DNA from: Octopus sinensis
Lineage: Eukaryota
Assembly (NCBI RefSeq): GCF_006345805.1
Contig: NC_043022.1
Location: forward strand, 14,756,001 to 14,820,000
Direction of reading: 5' to 3'
Length of the DNA: 64,000 nucleotides
Shown here: positions 52,262 to 64,000 of the stretch, in pieces
How the letters are laid out: every line of letters starts with the position of its first letter
Position numbering within the stretch: the first letter of the stretch is position 1
The notes under the pieces: model-generated
What the model was told of the DNA's origin: nothing
What the model saw: the letters and a program-made list of their open reading frames with translations, nothing else
Database searches by the model: none
Program-made: the position numbers and the translations under genes

Positions 52262-53870
52262 TATATATATATAACGGGAAGCTTTATGAAAATAAACAAA
52301 AGACGAAGGCAGGTGGAAACAAACGAACAATTGTATTAGTATGGCGCTCAGGAAATATAAATAAAACAAGTCTTTAACGTTTCGAGCCTACGCTCTTCAA
52401 CAGAAAGATACACAGAGAGAGAAAAACACAGAAAGAAGGAGAGAAAAAAAATGCGTGCAGTAGCTAACGAATCAACATGGCGATCTGATTTCGGCCAGAG
52501 GTCAAAGATCAAACATGAGACGGAGAGCGAAATAAGGGGAGATAATAGGGTTGAGGGACAGCTAAAAGTGCGTGGGGGGGTCTGGATGTGTATGTATAGG
52601 GTTTTGTGTATGTATTAGTATGTATAAGGGTGTGTGTGTGGTGTGTGTGTGTATGGAGAGTATTAGTGCGTGGGATTGGTCTGGACGTGCGTATGTATGG
52701 GGTTGGTGTATGTATTAGTATGTATTAGTATGTATTAGTACGTATTGGTATGTATAGGTGTGGTGTTGTGTGTGAGAGAGTATAAGTGCGTATGCGGGGC
52801 GGGGTCTGGACGTGTGTATGTATAGGGTTGGTGTAAGTATTAGTATGTACTAGTATGTATTAGTACGTATTAGTATGTATTAGTTGGTTGTGTAAGTATG
52901 GCACATCATATGTGATGGATGTGTAAGTCATGTGGTGTAGTGAGGAGAAGAGGGGAGGGAGGAGAAGGGGGGAGGGGAGAAGGGGAGGGGAAGAAAAGAG
53001 GGGGAGGGAGGGTGAAGAGGAGAGGATGGGGAGAAGGAAGGGAGGAGGAGGAGGGAATGAAGGAGGAAAGAGGGAGAGGGGGAGAGAGAAGGGGAGAGAG
53101 GGAGTGAGGGAGCAGAGGGAAGAGAAGAGGGAGGGAGAAAGAGGGAAGAAGGGAAGGGGAGTAGGGTGAAAGGATGAAGGACTGAAGAAGTGGGGGTGGG
53201 GGGGAGAAAGGATAGGTGAGGAGGGGGGGAGGGGGGTTAGATGAGGAGGGGGGGAGAGTTGAGACCAAATGGCGTATAAGAGCGAAGAGAGAAGATTAAT
53301 TCCTGTTCACGGCGCAAACGGGAATCCGGATGGCCTCTGTGTAAGGACAAACCGAACACAGATAGGTGTTGCAAGAGCAGTGAGTGGAGCGGAAATGGCC
53401 GTGAGGACCGGTGTGTCGTTCGCAAGGTGGATGTCACGAAGTGTTCCGCGAACCGGTCAGCCAAGCGGCGTCCCGTTTGTCCGAGTACAAGGAATTGCAG
53501 AAGAGAGCAAGAGATGCAATAGATAATATTGCTGGAGGTGCAGGTGAAGGAGTGGATGATGGGATAGGGTCGATGGTGGGTGCTAGTGAGGCGGGTGGTG
53601 GTTGGAGAGGTAAGGGCAAGTGCGGCAACGTGGGCGGGAGCAGGGGAACGAGCCGGGTTGGGAGGTAGGGTCAGGGAAGGAGCTATGGACCAAAAGGTCT
53701 CGAAGGTTGTGGGCTCGTTTGAAAGAGGGGGAGGGGTCGGTAGGGAAGAGGTGTGAAGTGGACGGGTCGGACTGGAGATGACGGAAAGCTCGAAGAATGG
53801 TGCGTTGGAGACGTAGGGTCGTGGGGTGGGTAAGTGAGGGGAAAAAAGGGAGGCGGGAGACTACAGGGCG
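52262..53870 (-). mobile_element. Penelope-like element remnant: RT thumb/linker plus GIY-YIG endonuclease (frameshifted) and 3' terminal repeat
   Basis: 53240-53870 minus, across frameshifts, reads PLTYHP...ILRAFRHLQSD...SFKRAHNLRDLLVHS...PGSFPCSRPRCRTCP...FTCTSSNIIYCISC...GQTGRRLADRFAEH...REQELIFSL....PFGLN. The Cys-rich linker is Neptune-like. Confidence 0.85.
52371..52408 (-). ncRNA. Minimal type I hammerhead-ribozyme-like motif (variant core)
   Basis: TCTTT-CTGTTGA-A-GAGCgtagGCTC-GAAA-CG-TT-AAAGA. Stem I is TCTTT/AAAGA, stem II is GAGC/GCTC, and stem III is the palindromic ACGT. A6 is replaced by U. Confidence 0.55.
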
Positions 53871-53903
53871 GGATATATGTGTGTGTATATATATATATAG
53901 GGA

Positions 53904-53960
<57 letters not shown>

Positions 53961-54769
53961 TATGTGTGTGTGGGTGTATATTCATATATATATATATATG
54001 TCCTTATACTCTGTAGTCAGTGATTAATTAATACTGGGAAATAGAGAGAGAAAAAAATACCCAAATGCAAACTGACAAGTTAAATAAACATCCTTGAATA
54101 ATTTCAAATATTTTTAGGATGAAAAACGGAAATGAAAACGACAAGCAAAAATATTTACCAAGAATTTGGCAACATTTTCTTCCCCAAAATCACAGAGACA
54201 AGTCAACTTTCATTGTTATTGATCTGGTTCGCTGTGGCTGCTGCTGTTGTTATTGATGTTGTTGTTATTGTTTCAAAGAAATGCTATTGTGCTTCCTCTA
54301 TGTGTGTGTGTGTGTGTGTGTGTTGAAGTCCGAGGATGTGGTTGAGAAGAAATTCTTCTTCTCGTTGTTGTTGTATGAAGAAGAAACGAAGAATTTGAAT
54401 GTAACCGAAAGTTTGAAAATTGGGAATTTCATCATCACCACCACCCGAGATTCAAATAAAAATGTCAGTAAGATTAAGACAGGAGGAAGGAAGGAAGGAA
54501 TGAAGGATGGAGTAAGAAGGGATCCATTTGTCAGCCTCCAGCCGCTGGTTCCAAAAGAAGAAGAAGAAAAAAGGAAAGAAAGGAAAAGAAGAAAAAGACA
54601 CAAAACACTGTTTGTTGTTAATGTTGATTGAATTCTGAAGTCACAGACTTAGTTGGCAAAATAAAAAAAATAATAAAAAGCCCACCACCGCCACGACATG
54701 TGCGAGTCGTGAGTCATAAACTATATATGACAGCATGGCTTTTGTGTCTAAGGCATGACACACATACAC

Positions 54770-54905
54770 ACAGATGGATATAACACATACACACACACAG
54801 ATGGATATAACACACACACACACACACGGATATAACACATACACACACACTGATGGATATAACACATATACACACACAGATGGATATATATAAAACACAG
54901 ATGTA
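54770..54905. repeat. ~28-32-bp minisatellite (acacacacagatggatataacac)
   Basis: gatggatataaca / cggatataaca recurs about five times. Confidence 0.8.
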
Positions 54906-55079
54906 TGTATATATATAATATATATATATATATATAATATATATATATATATATGTTGGTGCCCAAATGAGACAGAACACAAAGGATCACAAAAGAAGTG
55001 GGGACGATGATGGTATAAAAGGGGTTAAGAAATTAGGGTATGATACGATGATGAGGAGAGAGAGAGAGAGGGACACAGT

Positions 55080-55118
<39 letters not shown>

Positions 55119-55489
55119 GTTGTAGTATCCGTGTTTTGACGACAACAACAAGAAACAACTTTGCTTTAAAGATCCATTTAAAAGAAATCGGATTTGTGGC
55201 TAAAAACTTTACTATTTCTTCCACGCGACTGTCACACACAGACACACACACACAAAGAGAGAGAGAGAGAGAGAGTGGGGGGGCAGGCACTGCACAATGT
55301 GAAATTCGAAGACATTCTTTCAACACAAGACTTGGAACCACAAACTAAACAATGGTAACGAGAGAAAATAAAACAAGATTTCTTAAAAGGCAAAAAGAAA
55401 GTCTTGAAGTGTTCGTTCGGTTCAACAAAAAACAATCACAATTGTTTCAAAATTTGGGACAAGGTCAGTCATTTTCAAGGGAATGGATT

Positions 55490-56030
55490 AGCAGATTGCA
55501 TTGAACCCCAGTACACGACTGGTACTTTATTTTATCGAGTCCGGAAGAATGGAAAGGCAAAGTTTACGGCGGCGGAATTTGAATAACATCAACATCAACG
55601 ACAATAATAATAATAATAAACGGTTTCAAATGCTGCCACCAGGCCGGTAGATTTAGGGAGAGGGACTAAGTCGATTATACCGACCCCAGTGTTTAACTGG
55701 TACCTTATTTTATCGACCCCCGAGAGAATGAAAGGCAAGGTCGACTTTGGCGGGATTTGAACTTAGTATGTAAAAAGCCGGAACAGCAACAACCATAATT
55801 GCTTCTATTATAAAAGCACAAGGTTTGAAATTCGGGGGCGGGGATAGGTCGATTATATCGACCCCAGCGCTTAACTGGTACTTTATTTTACCGACCCTGA
55901 AATGATAAGAAGCAAAGTCGACGACCTCGACAGGATTTGAACTCAGATTTCAAATTTCAGCACGATTTCCGTGACTTTGAAGGGAAATGGTAAGTCGATA
56001 ACATGGACCCCATATCCGGTGGGGACTAAG
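55490..56030 (-). mobile_element. Array of degenerate SINE family C units (~180-bp spacing)
   Basis: cccagt....actggtac.ttattttatcga at ~55506, 55684 and 55862; younger copies at 56470-56640 and 56870-56985. Confidence 0.65.
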
Positions 56031-56062
56031 ATACAAGGTGGGATTTTCCAAGGAGAAAAGAC

Positions 56063-56097
<35 letters not shown>

Positions 56098-56982
56098 TTG
56101 ATTCAATGATTTGAAAACTGGTGTGAAATCGATAGGTTGCTGTATCGATCTCCTGGATAGAAATAGTTCTGTTAGCAGTTACACAAGGAATTTTGTATCA
56201 AAACCTTGTTTTACCGATTCCCTACGATCCTTATAAACGATTTTATCTCAAAATAGGAAATAATGATTAAGATAAGAATCCGACGAATGTCCTCCAGTGT
56301 TTGAAAATCTTTCACATATGCTGACAGGAAACTCACACCACCTTACAGATACACACATAACATACACACACATACTAACATACATACACACACACACATA
56401 CTAACATACATAACACACACATATATATATTTATATATATACATATACATATAACAGATACAATATATATCTATTTCGTTACTACCCACAAGGGGGCTAA
56501 ACACAGAGGGGACAAACAAGGACAGACAAACGGATTAAGTCGATTATATCGATCCCCAGTGCGTAACTGGTACTTAATTTATCGACCCCCGAAAGGATGA
56601 AAGGCAAAGTCGTCCTCGGCGGAATTTGAACTCAGACCAATATATATTACACACACACGCACATACAAACTTATGCCTTTATATCGATCTTTTCTCATTC
56701 TCAGAAAAAGTTTTCAAAACTCAATCATGAACAAACAGCTCATTTGAGCGCGCGTATACATATATATATATACATACATACATACATACATACATACATA
56801 CATGTACAAACACACACATACACGTGCGCTCATGTATTTATATATATATATATATATATATATGTCTTTACTACCCACAAGGGGCCAAACACAGAGGGGA
56901 CAAACAAAGACAGACAAACGGATTAAGTCTATTACATCGACCCCAGTGCGTAACTGGTACTTAATTTATCGACCCCGAAAGG

Positions 56983-57028
<46 letters not shown>

Positions 57029-57056
57029 AGCAATTGAAAAAGAAGGGTTATCTTAC

Positions 57057-57251
57057 TCGTCGTGCTATGGGGATATAATCACAAAGGGGGTCTTCGTCGT
57101 CTCTGTCATACTTCAGCTTAGTAATAATCTGTTCCATGGAAAAACTTGGAGACAATAGCGACGGGTTACAAATGCTCGCGTCGTTGTCGCCGGCGACAGC
57201 GGGACCTAACGGGGAACGATCCCAGCTAGCAATCCCTGCCTCGCTCGCCAT
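57057..57251 (-). CDS. CROCC: Candidate first coding exon of the rootletin gene (65 aa, MASEAGIASW...SMEQIITKL...IPIARR)
   Basis: ATG in good context (aggATGg) with an in-frame upstream TGA. CpG-rich unique sequence. Donor CGA|gtaaga is phase 0, compatible with exon 31462. MEQIITKL resembles the LETVIQTL motif of rootletin. The implied intron is ~25.6 kb. The linkage between the two exons is inferred. Confidence 0.55.
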
Positions 57252-58399
57252 CCTCCTCTGCTTCTTGTCTGTCTTTTGAACAACAAATACTCAAATTGGC
57301 CCATCTAATAACATGGGGAAAAAGTAAGTTACGAAGAGCAAAAACTGTAGTAGGCTGCTGCTGGTGCTGCGGTTGATGGTTGATGGTTAGATGGATGGCT
57401 GGTTGGTTGGCTGGTTGGTTGGTTGGTTGGCAAGTACCGCTTTTGCCAAAAAGATAGATGCAGAGGAGCGAAGTTTGAATAAACAAATAAGTTTTTATCT
57501 AATAACTTCATCAACAGCAGCAGCAGCAGCATCAGTAAATACTGGTGATGGTGAAGGGGGGTGCGGTGCGTGGGGGGGGGGGTATTACAGGAATTGTAGT
57601 AGTAGTAGTAGTGGTGGTGATGGTGGTGGTGGTAACGGTTAAATTTTACTTCCTAAACGGCTCCGGGAACCGTTAATAATTTGGTTCGTTGGTTGATGAT
57701 GATGGCGATGATGAGGATGATGATTGTGGTGGTGGTGGTGGCAGTGGAGGTGGTGATGATGATGATGGTGGTGGTGATAGCGATGATGAGGATGATGATG
57801 GTGGTGATGGCGATGATGAGGATGATGATGGTGGTGATGGCGATGATGAGGATGATGATGGTGGTGGTGGCAGTAGAGGTGGTGATGATGGTGGTGATGG
57901 CGATGATGAGGATGATGATGGTGGTGGTGGTGGCAGTAGAGGTGGTGATGATGGTAGTGGTGGTTATAGAGATGAGGAAAATGATGATGGTGAGGGTGGT
58001 GGTGATGGTTTATTTGATGCAGTTGTACACAATAAGAAGGCGAAGTTAGGGAAGAAAAGAAAGTAATAAAAGAAAAGCGTGTGTGTGTGTGTAGACAGAT
58101 AAATAGAGAGATAGAAAAGGTGGCGATAGAATACGGTGTCAGTCGTTTCAAAAAGAAGAAGCGAGAGAGAAAGGAAGAGAGAGAAAGGAAGAGAGAGAAA
58201 GGAAGAGAGAGAAAGGAAGAGAGAGAAAGGAAGAGAAAGGGTGTGGCGGCAAATAACGGATAAAAGAGAGAGAAACTTTCTGGTGTTTGGTTCGACGTAA
58301 TAAATAAATAAATGAATAAAAAAGAGAAACACTAAAAAAAGAGAAGATAAAATATAGTAAAAAAAAATAAGGGGAGGCGGGAGAAGAAAGAGTAGTAGG

Positions 58400-58700
58400 A
58401 GGAGGAGAAAGGGAGACTGTGTTATAGTTTGAGAGAGAGTTGTGAGTGAGGGGAGGGAAGGGAGGTGTGTGATCTGTGAAGGAGGGATGCTACAAGATGA
58501 GGAGGAGGAGGAGGAGAAGGAGAGACTGTGTTGTAGTGTGAGAGGGAGTGATAGATTGAGAGTTTAGGAGGAGAAAGGGAGACTGTGTTATAGTGTGAGA
58601 GGGAGTGATAGAGGGAGAGTTGTGAGTGAGGGGAGGGAAGGGAGGTGTGTGATCTGTGAAGGAGGGATGCTACAAGATGAGGAGGAGGAGTAGGAAGTGA
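58400..58700. repeat. Purine-rich tandem duplication, ~180-bp period
   Basis: tgtgagtgaggggagggaagggaggtgtgtgatctgtgaaggagggatgctacaagatgagg at 58441 and 58621. Confidence 0.85.
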
Positions 58701-59769
58701 TAAGTGGGGAGGGGGTGTCTTTATAACAGTTGTTATTCATTGCTGTCTGTTGTCTTCTTCCCTTTCGTCTTCCTCCTCCCACCGTCACTTCTTATCTACA
58801 ACTTTGGTTTTTTATTGAGATTGTTATTGTTATTGTTGTTGTTGTTGTTGTTGTTATCATCCACTCCTCAAAAGTCAGTTACGACTGTTTAATTAACACT
58901 AGAATGTAATGAGAGAGAGAGAGAGAGGTGCAGACAGAGAGAGAGAGAGGTGCAGACAGAGAGAGAGAGGTGCAGACAGAGAAATAGAGAAACACACACA
59001 CATAGAGAGAGAGAGAGAGATAACCAGAGACAGAGAGAGAAAGAGATACAGAAAGGAACAGAGAAAGACATAGACAGCGAAAGAGAGAGAGAGAGAGAAA
59101 CAAGAAAAAAAGAAATAGAGAAAAGGACAGAGGGAGGGAGAGAGAGAGGAAGACAGAGAAAAGAGACTGAAAGAATGACAGAGAGAGAGAGACAGACAGA
59201 AAGAAAAGAATAGAGAGGGAAGAGAGAGAGAAAGACAAAGAAAGAGACAGAGAATGGGTTAAAGAGAGAGATTGGTCCATTGTACGGAACGGTTTTCGCT
59301 TTCAGGGGAAGTTCTTTCTCAGTTTCAATGTGAAGGTTACAAACTATATTTTTTTTTAACGGCCAAGAACTTGAAATGAATTTTACACACACAAAAGAAT
59401 TCATTCAAACATCGCAGACAGAAAGAATTTCAAAACCAAAAACGAAGTCCTATTAAAAATTTAGGAGCGGGAATACTTTTTTTTCTTATCTCTTGGACAT
59501 AGCTCTGTTGTTAAGAAGCTTGCTTTGCAAACCATGCGGTTTCGGGTTCAATCTCATGGCGCGGAGCTTTGGGCATTCCATTATAACCTGGGGTTGACCA
59601 TTGTGAATGAACTTGATAGACGGAAACTGTGTGGAAGCCTGTCGCGTGTATGTGTTTATATAGGCACAGATGTGGTAAAGCTTGGTTTGCAACCACATGG
59701 TTTCGAGTTCAGTCCCACCGCGAGGCACCTTCGACAAGGTGCCTTCCGAGGGAATTTATATATATATAC

Positions 59770-60166
59770 ACACTCTCTTTTACTTGTTTCAGTCATTTGA
59801 CAGCGGCCATGCTGGAGCACCGCCTTTAATCGAGCAACTCGACCCCGGGACTTATTCCTTGTAAGCCCAGTACTTATTCTATCGGTCTCTTTTGCCGAAC
59901 CGCTAAGTTACGGGGACATAAACACACCAGCATCGGTTGTCAAGCAATGTTAGGGGGACAAACACAAACATACACACACATATATATATATATACATATA
60001 TACGACGGGCTTCTTTCAGTTTCCGTCTACCAAATCCACTCACAAGGTTTTGGTCGGCCCGAGGCTATAGTAGAAGACACTTGCCCAAGGTGCCACGCAG
60101 TGGGACTGAACCCGGAACCATGTGGTTGGTAAACAAGCTACTTACCACACAACCACTCCTGCGCCT
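59770..60166 (-). mobile_element. SINE family A, full length, young
   Basis: Near-perfect reverse complement of the consensus with CpGs intact. Confidence 0.85.
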
Positions 60167-60180
60167 ATATATATATATAT

Positions 60181-60313
<133 letters not shown>

Positions 60314-61291
60314 GTGTGTGTGTGTGTGTGTGTACGTGTGCTTCTCATCGCTTCACAACCGGTGTTCGTTTGTTTTGTTTACGTCTCTGCCACTTTGCGG
60401 TTCGTCAAAACAGACCGATAGAATAGGTGTCAGACTTTTAAAAAATGAGTGCTGTGGTCGATTCGTTCGACTAAACCCTCTGATGCGGTGCCCCAGCATG
60501 GTCGTGGTCTTCGTAAATAGGACCTAATTAAGTTTCGTGATTGAGGCACACTGCCAGCAACTTTGAAAGGGAAGCTTAGCCAATCCCTTCGACGCCTTGT
60601 TAACTAGACTGGTACTTTACTTCACGACCTCGCAGAGATGAAATGCAAAGATGGTCTCTGCTGGATTAGAACTCGCGACAATGGTTTCTGATTTAGGCAC
60701 GAGGATTAACGATTTTGACTTATTTTATTTTTATCGACCCCGGTGGGGATGAAAAGCATTGTTAACCTCAGCGGGATTTGAACCCAGAACAAATGGGGGT
60801 GGTTTACGCCAGCAAATTTGAAAGGGTGGGAGCATTGCCGCTTTAAGGCATGGGCACACTAGACAGTTGCCCGAGGGCCTCACGGATTTAGGGGCCCAAA
60901 TCCGATCAGCGGATGTTGTGGCTTGCTGTCGATAAATAAATACTATAGGCCTCAGTGCATTGATCTATCCGGAGGCCTATAATCAGCGCTGGAATAACGA
61001 TTAAGCAATATAAGTACGTGCTTAGGGCATCGAGGGGAGGATGGGGCACCACAGAAATGGTAAATGGTTTACGGCACAAAAGAAATCACCTTAAACTTGC
61101 TAAAGTAAAATTCGAGGTGGATTATCTGATCGGAAATATAATTTCGAAGGGTTCATGGTGTCATAGTAAGGATCTGATCAAAGACTCCGCAATAGAAAAC
61201 AAAAAGTAGGAGAAATCTTTTCAAATATAAAGTGGAAGTATACAAAACTAAAAAAATATATTTTCAGGTTCATTATTGTTTATATTTTGAA

Positions 61292-61689
61292 CTAGCAGTA
61301 TCGCCCGGCGTTGCTTGGGTTTGTAAGGGAAATAACTATATAAGCATTTTTAGAGAGTTATAGCGAAAAAATAACAAAAAAAAATGCATTAAAAATGGGA
61401 AAAAAATTATGGTAAATTTTTTTTTAAATCGTTGACTCATCGTAGACATTTTTAGAGAGTTACTTCCCTTATATAATAGCAAAAAAATGCATTAAAATGG
61501 AAATAAATTATGGTAAATTCTTTTTTAAATCGTAGACTAATCGTAGACGCGCGCTAATACCCAGAAGGGCTCGATATGAATCACGACTATAAGATGCCCG
61601 GTTTTGGTTAAACTGCACCGCAAAATGTGGGAGTAGTTAGGAATCTAAATCGTAGGAGACAGACACAACTTCACTTTTATATATAAAGA
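61292..61689 (-). mobile_element. Non-autonomous Helitron, second subfamily
   Basis: Plus strand a|ctagcagtatcgcccggcgttgcttggg ... cttttatatataaaga|t, equal to a|TC...hairpin...CTAG|t on the minus strand. Confidence 0.8.
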
Positions 61690-62429
61690 TTACATATATA
61701 TGGGGCCTCCAAAATCTTTAAAGTGCTTAGGGCCTCAGTGGGTCTTAATCCGGCCCAAAAACAATGCCGTCTTGGCACGACTACAGACTCTCGTTAGAGA
61801 GTTACTCGATCCCGTAGACCCAAGTGACTAGATTGGTATTCTATTTTATCGATGTGCCCACAAATTTTAAAGTGAGGAAGCGGTAGGTCAAACCGACAGA
61901 AAATCAATACTTGACAGTTTGTTTTATCGACCCACCACCACCACCAAGCACCAAATGATGAATGAAAAAGACAACTTGAATGTGATTTGATCTAAATGCC
62001 ACATGGTCTGCTAATACGTTACATGTACCACGTCCTCGCGTTGTTTTTTTCGTGTTTGTTCTTTTTTTTTGGATCCATCCATCCATACATACAGACACAC
62101 ATACATACATACACACCCATCCATGCATACATACATACAGACACACACACACACCCATCCATCCAACCATCCATCCATCCATCCATGCATACATACAGAC
62201 AGACACACAACCATACATACATCTATCCAACCATCCATCCATGCATACATGCAGACACACACACACCCATCCATCCATCCATACATACATACATACAGAC
62301 ACACACATACATACATCTATCCAACCATCCATGCATACATCCATCCATGCATACATACATACACACACACATACATCCATCCATCCATCCATACATACAT
62401 TCATAAAGGACTCTAAATCAATCAAGATG

Positions 62430-62625
62430 AAATATAAGTTAGATAACAAAACCGAACCTTATGTACCTGTGGACCCTAGAATTACTTTAAAAGACCACAA
62501 GGATAATTTTTATTCTGACCCAAAAGTTAGACTTACTTGTCCATGTAAATCAGATCTGGGTAAATTAATTAAGATCATTATAGATGAATATATCAATAGA
62601 TTAAATGATATATACGATAGTGCTT
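62430..62625 (+). pseudogene. Reverse-transcriptase fragment of a second Penelope-like lineage
   Basis: ITLKDHKDNFYSDPKVRLTCPCKSDLGKLIKIII resembles the ITLKDHK.NF...P..RLINP.KSE.G motif of PLE RTs (from memory). Confidence 0.55.
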
Positions 62626-63681
62626 GGCCGTTTCTGCCATTCAACCACTTTTAAACGAAAGGTAACAACTAGAATCATTGTTTTCGGGTGCGAACTGATC
62701 TTTCTCTCTCTCATTACAAATCTGAGAGCGGGAAATTAGCAGGTTTCGATCAGACGTTTTTATGAGCGACGAAGCGTTGAGTAACTCGTGTCTCCTCTAT
62801 GAACAAACGAAGTATTTTGCCTGATCAGAAGATCTGCTAGAAATAGCAGCCATACCGTTTATGCAAATAGTTTCTTTCCTCAAACAGCTTTATTCTGGAA
62901 CTCAGTACCATCGTCTTGTTTTATTAAGATTTTTATGATATTCAGTTATTTAAGCTGACATCTTTTGAATTTGGTGGCCCCTTTTTTCCCTTCTTTGTAG
63001 ACCCTTACACTACAGTGGCCCCAAGACTTGTTTGTGATAAAATTGTATGAAAAATATCTACGGTCTTAAAATATACGGAAGACCACTTTGGATAATGCGG
63101 TCTTAGATATACTGTGCATGAAATAAAAGACTGGATGGTCACAAGTGGAACGTCTTTGACGCAGGATCTACTCGGGTTGAATAATAACAAGCCTATACAA
63201 AAATTCAGACAGTCCTTCGGTATTAGTACATGACGTCATTCACCCACACAACCTTACTTCGTGACATAAAGAGGTTAGGCTGAATTAGAGGATTATTGAC
63301 ATCGTCTCCTCATACCAACACTCTTGAGACCAATACCGAAAGAATACCAAAATTCAATTATTTCCGAACCATCAGAATTCTTTAGCTGTGGGATTAGAGA
63401 GAGGACCCAGAGGAGTAAAATAGCAGCAACAACCAGAAATTGAAACCGTATAATTAAAGAATATCCTCCCTGTTACCGTTGAACAGTCAGCCGACATTTA
63501 CTCTCCAATTGCTGTATTAATTAACTCCTCTCAGTAATTAAAGTATTCCGTTTATTAATATTGTGGCTGCTAGCTGACGAATGTCACTGGATTAATGCGA
63601 AAATAATTACGGTATTCGTAATTATTTAAAAAATAAGTTGATGTTTATTTTAGAATAAACCTTTAATTATTTTATTTGAAA

Positions 63682-64000
63682 CTAGCAGTAGCGCCCGGCG
63701 TTGCTCGGGTTTGTAAGGGAAATAACTATATAAGCATTTTTAGAGATGTAAAGTATAATAGCCATCTCAATATGGCTAACCACAAAGGGGGGGGGGGTGT
63801 TACTGTAGCTTTTTACCTTCTGAGATTTAATAATACATTTTTAGAGTGTTACTTCCCTTATATAATAGCAAAAAATGCATTAAAAATGGGAAAAAATTAT
63901 GGTAAATTATTTTTTAAATTGTAGACTCATCGTAGACGCGCGCTAATACCCAGAAGGGCTCGATATGAATCACGACTATAAGATACCCGGTTTTGGTTAA
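63682..64000 (-). mobile_element. Non-autonomous Helitron (same subfamily as 61292-61689), truncated by the window end
   Basis: a|ctagcagtagcgcccggcgttgctcggg; interior matches 61292-61600 plus an ~85-bp extra segment. Confidence 0.8.

Noticed and set aside
57689-58066. Asp/Gly-rich ORF ending in a basic KKAKLGKKRK (nucleolin/NLS-like)
   Set aside because: Product of a (GAT/GGT)n tract; overlapping frames give equally long Met/Val and His ORFs. No splice or homology support.

Overview
AT-rich, repeat-saturated animal genomic DNA. It is most likely an octopus/coleoid cephalopod, inferred from the SINE/RTE/microsatellite landscape rather than a database search. One protein-coding exon is firmly recognisable: minus strand 31169-31462, the N-terminal coiled-coil region of rootletin (CROCC family). 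A frame-compatible candidate first coding exon lies at 57057-57251. No further rootletin exon was found in the 31 kb downstream, so most of the window is probably intron. The rest comprises three tRNA-headed SINE families, many RTE-LINE 3' tails carrying a ~66-bp VNTR, CR1 and REL-endonuclease LINE scraps, Penelope-like remnants (GIY-YIG plus hammerhead-ribozyme-like motifs), hAT, piggyBac and Tc1/pogo MITEs with visible TSDs, non-autonomous Helitrons and long microsatellites. Nearly all ORFs in the supplied track are SINE or microsatellite artefacts. The best leads are the hammerhead-like motifs, a perfect 33-bp hairpin, a possible nested antisense gene made of small plus-strand exons, multi-layer TE nests and a SINE-derived incipient satellite. 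All identifications are by eye; no searches were run, and repeat boundaries without TSDs are approximate.
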